DNA of 64,000 nt, taken from positions 34,041-98,040 of the IMG/VR virus record IMGVR_UViG_3300030060_002738. One strand, given 5' to 3'. Made by a program: the position numbers and the translations under genes. This document shows, piece by piece, positions 27,016-35,148 of this stretch. The stretch comes from a virus. The notes under the pieces are model-generated. The model saw only the letters and a list, made by a program, of their open reading frames with translations. It did no database searches and was not told where the DNA came from. The first letter of the stretch is position 1. Every line of letters begins with the position of its first letter.

Positions 27016-28257
27016 GTGTTTGCTGAACAGGAGGTATTGATTAGACAAGAGAGTGCTAGTGATTTTACTATTCTCAAGTCAGATAATCTAGTAATTGGAG
27101 GATATGCTTCAATAGAAATAGTAGATAAACAGAATGACTTGATTACACTAGAAGCACTTGAAAAAGCCGTTAAAGATTTCATGAGTGAGAAGTCTTACAG
27201 AAACGTCATGTCAAATCATTCCAACGTTCAGGTAGGAGAGGTGATAGAGCAATACCGTGATTCCAATGGTACATTACACAAGACAGGTGTAGATGGTGTC
27301 GGATTCTATGTGGTTATCAAAATGAGAGATGACATAGAAAAGGCAAAAGAGATTAACAGAGGAATCAGAAAAGGCTCACTACGCTCTTTCAGTATTGGTG
27401 GACAAGCGATATCAAAGAGAGAGAGAAAATCGGAGGAATACGGGGAATACAACGAGATTGACAACTTAGAGTTGCATGAAGTTACTATATGTGAGAAAGG
27501 AATAAACCCTGAAGCGAAATTCGACATTTTAAAAGCGAAAGGAGGTAAAGAAATGACGGAAAAATTGACGAAAGCATTGGAAGAACTCAACGGTCTGCTA
27601 ACACAGGTTCGTGAAGTTACTGGTGAAACAGTCGCAAAAGAAGATGAATTGGAGACAATGGAAATGAAAGAAGATGAAAAAATGATGACCGAAAAGGAAG
27701 AAGTTGAGAGTATGGACATGGATGAAGATAAAATGTCTATGAAGGAAGACGAAGTTGAGAGCATGGATATGGAAGAGAAGGCTCTTGATGAAGACTCGAC
27801 TAGAGACTATGAGGCTGGCGAGAACGTTGTAGTAAACGGAAAGCCAGTGGCAGCACCTGCTGCACTATCAGTCTCTAAGGGTCTAGAAGGTACTGACTTC
27901 ACGACTCTCGACCTAAGTGCCGAGAATGTAGAGAAGGCTTACGAGGCTTACAAAGCAGAGCAACTAGAGGCAATGGCTTACGATAACCTATCGAAGCAAT
28001 TTGCTGACAGATTTGCTGCTGAACTTGAAGTCAAGAAATCAGCCGCAGAGAGAGCAGAATACGATGCTTCAACAGAAGTAGCCGCTCTCAAAGAGGAGTT
28101 TGCAGAACTACGCAAGTCTCTTACTGCAAAGGATGATGAGATAAGGAAAGCAACAGAAGTCGCTTTCTCTCTACCTGAAGGATTCCCAACCACTGCTGAC
28201 GCAATGGCTGAGATGTCATGGGGAGACATACACAACCTCGCAAGGAAGGTGAACTAA
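27016..28257 (+). CDS. HK97-type prohead protease fused to scaffolding domain
   Basis: GYAS..VDKQND, NH, SFSIGG, EVTIC..GINPEA; acidic coiled-coil C-half; directly upstream of MCP. Confidence 0.9.
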   Translation: MFAEQEVLIRQESASDFTILKSDNLVIGGYASIEIVDKQNDLITLEALEKAVKDFMSEKSYRNVMSNHSNVQVGEVIEQYRDSNGTLHKTGVDGVGFYVVIKMRDDIEKAKEINRGIRKGSLRSFSIGGQAISKRERKSEEYGEYNEIDNLELHEVTICEKGINPEAKFDILKAKGGKEMTEKLTKALEELNGLLTQVREVTGETVAKEDELETMEMKEDEKMMTEKEEVESMDMDEDKMSMKEDEVESMDMEEKALDEDSTRDYEAGENVVVNGKPVAAPAALSVSKGLEGTDFTTLDLSAENVEKAYEAYKAEQLEAMAYDNLSKQFADRFAAELEVKKSAAERAEYDASTEVAALKEEFAELRKSLTAKDDEIRKATEVAFSLPEGFPTTADAMAEMSWGDIHNLARKVN

Positions 28258-28258
28258 A

Positions 28259-29620
28259 ATGAGTGGATATATTAACACAGTAAAAGACTTAGAAGCAGCC
28301 ACCTACGGCTATGCTGGCGCATCAGGTAACGCCCTGTTGAAAGCGGCTGGTGTCGTTGGTGGTTTCGGAACGCCCCACGATGCAGGAAGCAACCCGTTTT
28401 CTGCTGCTAGTGGGTTGGGAGACCTATACAATGTTCTCTATGGACAGAAAGTATGGTCTATGCTAAACCAAGAGGTTAACCCTCTTGCTATGCTTGCAAA
28501 GAGACCCTACACATCCAGTGGATGGAGAGTCCTAAAGAGCAGAGCGCAGGGTGGCTCAGGTTCTGCATTCGGTATTGGAACTGGTTCAGAGGGTTCAGAC
28601 ACACCAAGAGCAGACAAGATTGGTGGTGTTGGTGAGAACGCAACTCTAGGAACTGGAAACGATATCCCACCGATTGCACCTCAGTATGAGAAACTATACG
28701 TCAGTCCAAAGACGATTGCTCACTTGTTTGAGTTCTCGGAACTTGGTATGGAACTTGCTGCTATTGATGACGGTGTTGGTGACATTCGTGCAATCGTTAG
28801 AGAGGACATGGGTAAACTACACGCAGAGACTCAGAGCAAGATGCTAGTAATGCCTCTTGAGAGGTATGATGACGGAACTGCAACAACCATCGAGCGCAAC
28901 TACACTTCTCTACTGAAGATAGTTTCCTCTGCTGGTGAGATTGCTGCTATGTATAACGCAAACCTATTGGACACTGGTGCTAACAACGGAGACAACTCCG
29001 CAGTTGTTGCAGATGTAGTAAGGCTATTCGGTACTTCCCGAACTGTCTCTGTATCGAGCAACGCCGCAACTGGAACTGCTTCCTTCTTGGATGCAGAGGT
29101 TGACTTCGGTGCAGGATATGCTTCCGGTGATGCTAGGGTTCTAACCCTGACCATGCTTAATGACATGATTAGGAGAATCAGGCAGAACGGCGGAAACCCC
29201 AAGGTTATCTTAACTGGCTACGACACTGTTCAGCACCTTGCTGACCTTCTACAAAGCCAAGAGAGATTCATGGACAGGAAGGAGATTGTGCCTACCCACA
29301 ACGGAGTTCGTGGAGTTAAGGGACAGGAAGTTGGATTCAGAGTTGCAACATACTACGACATCCCAATTATCCCAACCAAGGACATGCCATCCACTGGTGC
29401 AAACACAACCAACACTCTGAGTGACTTGCTCATCCTAGACACAGACCATCTGTGGCTATCAGTGATGAAGCCTACTCAATACTTTGAGGATGGTATCACT
29501 AGCGGAAACCCATTCGGTGTTGGCAAACTTGGAAACCAAGGGATGTACCGAACGATGGGTGAAACCGGATGTTCGTTCTTCAAGGGACAAGGAAAGATAA
29601 CCAACATCAAGAGTGCTTGA
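28259..29620 (+). CDS. major capsid protein (HK97 fold)
   Basis: Follows the protease; 453 aa; LYGQKVWSMLNQE, GGNPKVILTG, TYYDIPII motifs of archaeal tailed-virus MCPs. Confidence 0.9.
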   Translation: MSGYINTVKDLEAATYGYAGASGNALLKAAGVVGGFGTPHDAGSNPFSAASGLGDLYNVLYGQKVWSMLNQEVNPLAMLAKRPYTSSGWRVLKSRAQGGSGSAFGIGTGSEGSDTPRADKIGGVGENATLGTGNDIPPIAPQYEKLYVSPKTIAHLFEFSELGMELAAIDDGVGDIRAIVREDMGKLHAETQSKMLVMPLERYDDGTATTIERNYTSLLKIVSSAGEIAAMYNANLLDTGANNGDNSAVVADVVRLFGTSRTVSVSSNAATGTASFLDAEVDFGAGYASGDARVLTLTMLNDMIRRIRQNGGNPKVILTGYDTVQHLADLLQSQERFMDRKEIVPTHNGVRGVKGQEVGFRVATYYDIPIIPTKDMPSTGANTTNTLSDLLILDTDHLWLSVMKPTQYFEDGITSGNPFGVGKLGNQGMYRTMGETGCSFFKGQGKITNIKSA

Positions 29621-29631
29621 GGTGATTAGAG

Positions 29632-29967
29632 TTGACACACGCAGTTACTCTAGTTGCTGACCATAAGGGCGTAACTGCCCCAAAGGTCGCAGGTGACGAG
29701 TATGTAGTTGATGCAATAGTCAACATAACTGCATACGTTCAGGGTGGAATAACCCTGACTGCTGCTGAATTGGGTCTGTCTTCCCTACACTGTGTTCTAA
29801 TAACAGGTGTAGAGGAGATTGGACACAGTGCAAGGGCCGTCATCAGTACCGCAGGAGCATACGAGTCAGGAACAAGTGTCAAACTTATCCTGTCAACTGG
29901 CTCTGCACAACAATCAGGTACATCGGATGAAGGCATGGTGAGAGTCCGTGCCTACGGTAATCTCTGA
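29632..29967 (+). CDS. putative capsid decoration/minor head protein
   Basis: Small beta-rich protein directly after MCP. Confidence 0.55.
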   Translation: MTHAVTLVADHKGVTAPKVAGDEYVVDAIVNITAYVQGGITLTAAELGLSSLHCVLITGVEEIGHSARAVISTAGAYESGTSVKLILSTGSAQQSGTSDEGMVRVRAYGNL

Positions 29968-29995
29968 AATAACAATGATTAAGTGATAACGTAAA

Positions 29996-30033
29996 GTAGT
30001 AGCCTCTGCCCGTAATAGGGCAGGGGTTACTAC
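29996..30033 (+). terminator. 16-bp stem-loop after the MCP/decoration genes
   Basis: GTAGTAGCCTCTGCCC-GTAATA-GGGCAGGGGTTACTAC with G-U pairs; followed by an A-run, not a U-run. Confidence 0.5.
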
Positions 30034-30056
30034 CAACAAAAAAATAAGGTGTTATT

Positions 30057-30551
30057 ATGGCAAAAGTAAAGTTAGCAAGACATAGAGTATCCGGCCCTCT
30101 TCTGCTTAGAAGGGCTGGCAATACATACGCATTAACAGCGCAAGAAGATACTGTTGTTCCTTTGGGAATAGCAATAGGAATGCTAGGAGACGAAGGGCTT
30201 CTAGTTGAACTGGATTCTACTGATTCAACAGATGTTCTCGGTTTGAACGAGTACAACTTAACGTTACTCAAGAGGGAGTTTGGTCTAGAGGGAGATGCTA
30301 AGGCAGTCAAGGCTGCATTGTTCCCACCAGCCAAGAAGACCTTCATTCCTAATCTCATCAAGGAGACTCCCGTAGAGGAGACTCCCGTAGTAGAAGAGCC
30401 AGTAGCAGAAGAACCTGAAGAGGTTGAAGAAGAGGCTATTGACTACTCGCAATATACAGTGAAACAACTGAAAGAAATGCTTGAGGAAAAGGGACTATCT
30501 ACTGATGGCAAGAAAGCCGACCTAGTAGAGAGGATGTCGGGGGCAGAGTGA
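30057..30551 (+). CDS. SAP/HeH-domain protein
   Basis: C-terminal YSQYTVKQLKEMLEEKGLSTDGKKADLVER after an acidic linker. Confidence 0.8.
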   Translation: MAKVKLARHRVSGPLLLRRAGNTYALTAQEDTVVPLGIAIGMLGDEGLLVELDSTDSTDVLGLNEYNLTLLKREFGLEGDAKAVKAALFPPAKKTFIPNLIKETPVEETPVVEEPVAEEPEEVEEEAIDYSQYTVKQLKEMLEEKGLSTDGKKADLVERMSGAE

Positions 30552-30847
30552 TGTCATCACCTACCTGCAACAGCACAGGAGTTCTTTCTACAAGCACCGT
30601 TGCAGTAAAGCATCACTGCAAGATAATGAGCGTTCATGCTACATCAACAGCAAACGCTGTAATGACTGTCAAGATATGGGACAGTGACGATTCATCCACA
30701 TCAGGCAAGAAGGAGGTTGCCCGACTAGTTCTACACGCCGGAGGAACTGCTCAGACCATTGAGCAAGACCTACATGGTGTTCTTGTAGCAAATGGAATAT
30801 ACGTTCAGATTACAGGAACTGGAACTTGTTCAGTCAACTTTGCTTGA
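30551..30847 (+). CDS. small beta-rich putative virion protein
   Basis: Composition and NGIYVQITG-type ending. Confidence 0.55.
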   Translation: MSSPTCNSTGVLSTSTVAVKHHCKIMSVHATSTANAVMTVKIWDSDDSSTSGKKEVARLVLHAGGTAQTIEQDLHGVLVANGIYVQITGTGTCSVNFA

Positions 30848-30857
30848 GGTGATTAAG

Positions 30858-31289
30858 ATGCCAAGTATAGATACAGATACTAGACTAATAATGACTGTTC
30901 TTTTTGTTGGAGCAGTTAGCGGAGTCAACGTTTACTTCTTCTCACAATACGGTACAACATTTGTCAATGCATACGGACCTTATCCAGTGGCTATGATATT
31001 TGGCGTACTCACGGTTGGGGGCATTGTTATATTGAAAGCGTTGTTTGATTTGATGATTAATGATTACATAGAGGACTTCCTACTTCAAAGACAGATAAAC
31101 TCGTATTGGAACAGAAAGGCAAGAGATGAGGAGAACCGTAAGAGAGTTAGGGAGTCATTTAGAGGCTTCCAACAGCAGTTTGGTACAACGCCAACAATAT
31201 ATGGCGACCAAAACCTTCCAATGATGCCACCACCATCACAGGAAGTACAAACGGTTAGTCCTACTTTCCTAACAGGTTTCAATGAGTGA
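30858..31289 (+). CDS. membrane protein (2 predicted TM helices)
   Basis: LIMTVLFVGAVSGVNVYFF and VAMIFGVLTVGGIVILKALF; GAGGTGA SD. Confidence 0.75.
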   Translation: MPSIDTDTRLIMTVLFVGAVSGVNVYFFSQYGTTFVNAYGPYPVAMIFGVLTVGGIVILKALFDLMINDYIEDFLLQRQINSYWNRKARDEENRKRVRESFRGFQQQFGTTPTIYGDQNLPMMPPPSQEVQTVSPTFLTGFNE

Positions 31290-31294
31290 TTTAG

Positions 31295-31516
31295 ATGGTA
31301 AGTGAAATCCTATTTGGGATGGATGAATCCACTCTCGCATATGATTTACAACGAGCGCATTCGGCTGACGTTTGGTTTCTAAGAGCAAGATTTTGGCTTT
31401 GGGGAACGTTTGCATCTATTGCAAGTTTCTTCGTAGGTCATGCTATTTCTCTTTGGGGAATTAATTTGTATGAAGTTGGATGGCATGTACTCAGTTCCCT
31501 TTGGGGCGGTCATTAA
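31295..31516 (+). CDS. small membrane protein
   Basis: Hydrophobic, aromatic-rich FWLWGTFASIASFFVGHAISLWGI. Confidence 0.7.
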   Translation: MVSEILFGMDESTLAYDLQRAHSADVWFLRARFWLWGTFASIASFFVGHAISLWGINLYEVGWHVLSSLWGGH

Positions 31517-31570
31517 CTTCTCAACCATTTTAATGCTCTTCGACATCCGACTCACTGACGAGGTGATAGT

Positions 31571-32242
31571 GTGTCGGTAATGGCAGGTTTCGCAATACTC
31601 ATTGTAGAAGCCATGAACAAGTTGTATAACCGTCTTCATGCTATCAATTTCGGCATCTATGGTGCGAGTCAAGCAGGTAAGACTACCCTGCATAAGCAAT
31701 TGATGACTAGGGGAGAAGTACCTGAGATACAAAAGCGTACAGTAGGCAGACACAGGGCTACTCGTAAGTTCGTAAAACTAGATGGTGATGCACATACCGT
31801 GAAGACTGCTGACATAGGTGGGCAGACTGTATATTGGGAGGAATGGGTTAGAGATATGCGAGGAAGACATGTCAAATATATCATCTTCATGTTTGATGAC
31901 AGGCATCTTAGCAAGCACTATGATATAGAGCAACAATTGTCTTGGACATTTCTAGTTGATACTATCTGCAACCCGTATTGGACAATTGGTGGTAGAAAGA
32001 AGAAGAAGCAAGAACATGATTATCCTTTGGCTGTCGGACTTTGGGCAAACAAGTATGACTTATGGAAAGACAAGTATCCCTACGATGGAAAAATAGAAGA
32101 CCACCCAATCTTTGAATCTTTCAAGCCCGGATTACAGAAGTTGAATGAGACTGGCATACCATGTCACAAATACATCGTAAGTGCAAAGTCTGATTCAGAA
32201 ATGGTTTACCGTGGAATATTAACAATGATAAAAGACTACTGA
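31571..32242 (+). CDS. Ras-superfamily small GTPase, Arf-like
   Basis: G1 GASQAGKTT, G2 RTVG, G3 DIGGQ, G4 NKYD, G5 SAK; N-terminal hydrophobic/amphipathic helix. Confidence 0.85.
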   Translation: MSVMAGFAILIVEAMNKLYNRLHAINFGIYGASQAGKTTLHKQLMTRGEVPEIQKRTVGRHRATRKFVKLDGDAHTVKTADIGGQTVYWEEWVRDMRGRHVKYIIFMFDDRHLSKHYDIEQQLSWTFLVDTICNPYWTIGGRKKKKQEHDYPLAVGLWANKYDLWKDKYPYDGKIEDHPIFESFKPGLQKLNETGIPCHKYIVSAKSDSEMVYRGILTMIKDY

Positions 32243-32302
32243 TACGTCAGATTAGTCAGGTCTTACCGCAGGGTAGACTTGGATTGATAGGAGAAACAGA
32301 AA

Positions 32303-32983
32303 ATGTCTATGCAATTTAACCCCCCTAGTTTGATAGGAGCAACGAACGCAACAGTGAACAGTGGTACTAATCCATTCATGGATAGAACAACTGCTGCAAG
32401 AGCAGCAGGGCCGATAATGCCATATGAATATAAATCTATGAAACCAAAGAAACAATTGAAAGAAATTGTTAAAGTTTTGAAACCTGAAAAGAAAACCTTT
32501 CTCAAAGTGCCTTACAGTTTCAAATACAACATAAATGATAGATGTGTAATATGTGGAACGCAAAAGGTATGGACTGCTAACGATAGCAGAAGACCCCCAC
32601 TTCCACTGCACAAGGTTCGCAAGGGATACCCAATGAGAGGAACGTACTGTGAGAAACACGCAGCCATACACATGCAATATGAGATGCTAGAGCAACAGAT
32701 ACTAGCAGAAGAACACGGACTTTCGTTTAGTGCTTACATACCATCTGCTAGAAGTTTAAATCCAGTGAATCTAGTAAAGTCAGGACCGATAACACAACTG
32801 AAGCAAGAGGACATCAATTCTCTCACTTCATTAGGTTGGAACATTACTCCTCCGGCAAATGAAAACTCATCAAAAGAAGAGCAGTTGTATGCTTTGATGA
32901 TAGAGAATACAGCCATGTCTGCTAAGATTAAATCTTTATTGACCGAAGGCGTTAAGATTGAGACACAGGAAGGTGGCGAGTGA
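32303..32983 (+). CDS. Zn-finger protein
   Basis: CVIC...CEKH. Confidence 0.7.
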   Translation: MSMQFNPPSLIGATNATVNSGTNPFMDRTTAARAAGPIMPYEYKSMKPKKQLKEIVKVLKPEKKTFLKVPYSFKYNINDRCVICGTQKVWTANDSRRPPLPLHKVRKGYPMRGTYCEKHAAIHMQYEMLEQQILAEEHGLSFSAYIPSARSLNPVNLVKSGPITQLKQEDINSLTSLGWNITPPANENSSKEEQLYALMIENTAMSAKIKSLLTEGVKIETQEGGE

Positions 32984-33693
32984 TGGGTGTATTCGGAACG
33001 AGCAACTCGGCCTTATCTTCTCAGATTAATACAATGGGGCAAGCCAACTTTAAAATGACTAACAATCTCTTAACTTTGCAAGAGAATCATGTGGAAGAAT
33101 TCTTTCAGTATCACGGAGAACCATTCCTAAGTGCATTTGAAAAGATGATGGAAGATGTGATGACGAGAGTTGTCAGTGAAATGCTTGTCAAGATGAAATT
33201 TGTATCTAACACTAATGGTGATTTAGAAATACATCCTGATTCCTTGTCAGAATTTACAAGCATCACACAAGAAAACATAGACTTGGACATTGTGAATCTA
33301 CTGGCGACTGCTGTTAATTCGGAAGTCATTATGCAGAGAAGAATGGCTAAACAACAATATCTAGAATCACAAGGCTTTACCTCACCTTCACAAGAATCAC
33401 AGATGGGTGCTGTGCAGCAACAAGGAATGTCACAGGCAATGCCACAAGCCGCATCTCCTAACATACAGGGCGCACCTGCTATGGGAGGAATGAACCAGCA
33501 GATGATGCAACAACAGATGGCCCTCAACAATCAATCAGGATATCCTATTCCACCTGCTGGATATGACCAATACAATAACCCGTATTGGATAGACCCCAAT
33601 ACTGGTCAACCATCATACACCCCACCAACTAGTGGTCTTGGACTGGCTGGTGCTTTGAGTAAAGGGGTTGCTTGGGCGAAGTGGTTAGCATAG
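32983..33693 (+). CDS. protein with Q/M/P-rich low-complexity tail and terminal amphipathic helix
   Basis: QQQGMSQAM...QQMMQQQM...YPIPPAGY...GLAGALSKGVAWAKWLA. Confidence 0.75.
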   Translation: MGVFGTSNSALSSQINTMGQANFKMTNNLLTLQENHVEEFFQYHGEPFLSAFEKMMEDVMTRVVSEMLVKMKFVSNTNGDLEIHPDSLSEFTSITQENIDLDIVNLLATAVNSEVIMQRRMAKQQYLESQGFTSPSQESQMGAVQQQGMSQAMPQAASPNIQGAPAMGGMNQQMMQQQMALNNQSGYPIPPAGYDQYNNPYWIDPNTGQPSYTPPTSGLGLAGALSKGVAWAKWLA

Positions 33694-33707
33694 GTGGAAT
33701 TTAATGT

Positions 33708-35144
33708 ATGAGTCTGACTATCAGCAACAAGAATGATAGTAGGCTTTCAAGAACTTTCAACCTTGATGACTCACAAGTAAATGCTGCGGAAATAGGAACA
33801 GACAGTGATGCAGGAGTATTGCTGAAGATTCTAGTCCTAAAGATGCTACAACCTAAGATGAAAGACCTCGGTAACTTCAAAATTAAGTCTGTCAAAAGAG
33901 ACTTCAGGGTTCTGACATCTTTAACGAAAGAGGACTTTGAGAATGCTGAAGACTTTGAGAAGTACGAAGAATACATGAAGAAACTAATAAAAAAAGCGTT
34001 GGGATTACCTGTCGCTTCTACTGTTGAGAAACTAGAGGACAACCTGAAAGGAAAGAAAGGTGCTGCTCTCTTTGAGATATTTGGAGAAAAGAAGAAGGAT
34101 AGCATCTTAGAGAACATTATTGACAAGAAGGTAACTTTTGAGCAACTTCTCCTACCTGCATACTTAGGACAATCATACGAAGGAATAGCAGGAAAGCCAT
34201 CTAAGATAATGGATGTTGCAGACAAGGGGGGAAGCCTGTATGACTATACCAAACTTAAGCCATACATCAAGGCAGACGATAAAGAAGGAAAGAAGGGTGC
34301 AGATATTTTCGTTCGTGTCTCATGGGATTTGAAGGCATTTCTAATGTCCTTGCTAAAAGAAGAAGGCTGGCTACAACAGGAATCTTTCGACCTCCCACAA
34401 ATGGAAGATGTAGGTGAGCATCTCAGAGTTATTCCAAATAAAAAGGAGGAAAGCGATACCATCAATGTGAAACTTGGCAATCGTATGCTTACAGGCAAAG
34501 ATGAGTTGAAACTAACCGTAAAGACTTCAATGCAACAAAGCAGAGAATTACAGGATAAATTCTCCGGCAGAATGCAAACAGTGTCAGAAGAGAAAATAGC
34601 GGGTTTTGAGATATATGGTGACGGTTCTACACCAATAGAACAACAAGACGCATCTCCTGAAGGCAGGAGAGCCATGATGAAGTATATCGAAGATATGTTG
34701 GATGTGGATGATAAAATGAAAGAGAGGATGAGTGAGACTCTAATCAAAGGGTCTAACTTCCTAAAGCCCAAGAGAACCAAGAACATTGCAACTAAGGGAA
34801 GAGGGGGCAGAGTGGGTGGCACAGATAGAGAACCCACGGTTTCAGAACTAAGTAGAAATTACCTAGACCTAGATATTGGGACTATGCATTTTGAGGTATC
34901 TCTCAAGTCAGACGTAGAGCAACTGGTGGAACAACAGACTGAAACCAACAAAGGAATAAAGGAAGGAAAAGACCCTACTTGGGATATCTTTGACTATACA
35001 GTTGAGTTGGAGAAAGAAGGAGAGTTACGGCTTGCAGAAGAAGGTGCGTTCGTTGTTGCTGATAGGGACAAGGTAGAGGGTATATCTGATATACTCAAGG
35101 GTATTAAGACCTTCATGGGCAAGACCCGAAAATTAAGGAGTTGA
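33708..35144 (+). CDS. hypothetical protein (478 aa)
   Basis: Long ORF with AGGTGG SD; no motif recognised. Confidence 0.75.
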   Translation: MSLTISNKNDSRLSRTFNLDDSQVNAAEIGTDSDAGVLLKILVLKMLQPKMKDLGNFKIKSVKRDFRVLTSLTKEDFENAEDFEKYEEYMKKLIKKALGLPVASTVEKLEDNLKGKKGAALFEIFGEKKKDSILENIIDKKVTFEQLLLPAYLGQSYEGIAGKPSKIMDVADKGGSLYDYTKLKPYIKADDKEGKKGADIFVRVSWDLKAFLMSLLKEEGWLQQESFDLPQMEDVGEHLRVIPNKKEESDTINVKLGNRMLTGKDELKLTVKTSMQQSRELQDKFSGRMQTVSEEKIAGFEIYGDGSTPIEQQDASPEGRRAMMKYIEDMLDVDDKMKERMSETLIKGSNFLKPKRTKNIATKGRGGRVGGTDREPTVSELSRNYLDLDIGTMHFEVSLKSDVEQLVEQQTETNKGIKEGKDPTWDIFDYTVELEKEGELRLAEEGAFVVADRDKVEGISDILKGIKTFMGKTRKLRS

Positions 35145-35148
35145 ATAA

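Noticed and set aside
31571-32242. GTPase as eukaryotic contamination or misassembly
   Set aside because: It is intronless, has the same GAGGTGA SD and codon style as its neighbours, and is embedded in the viral gene order.
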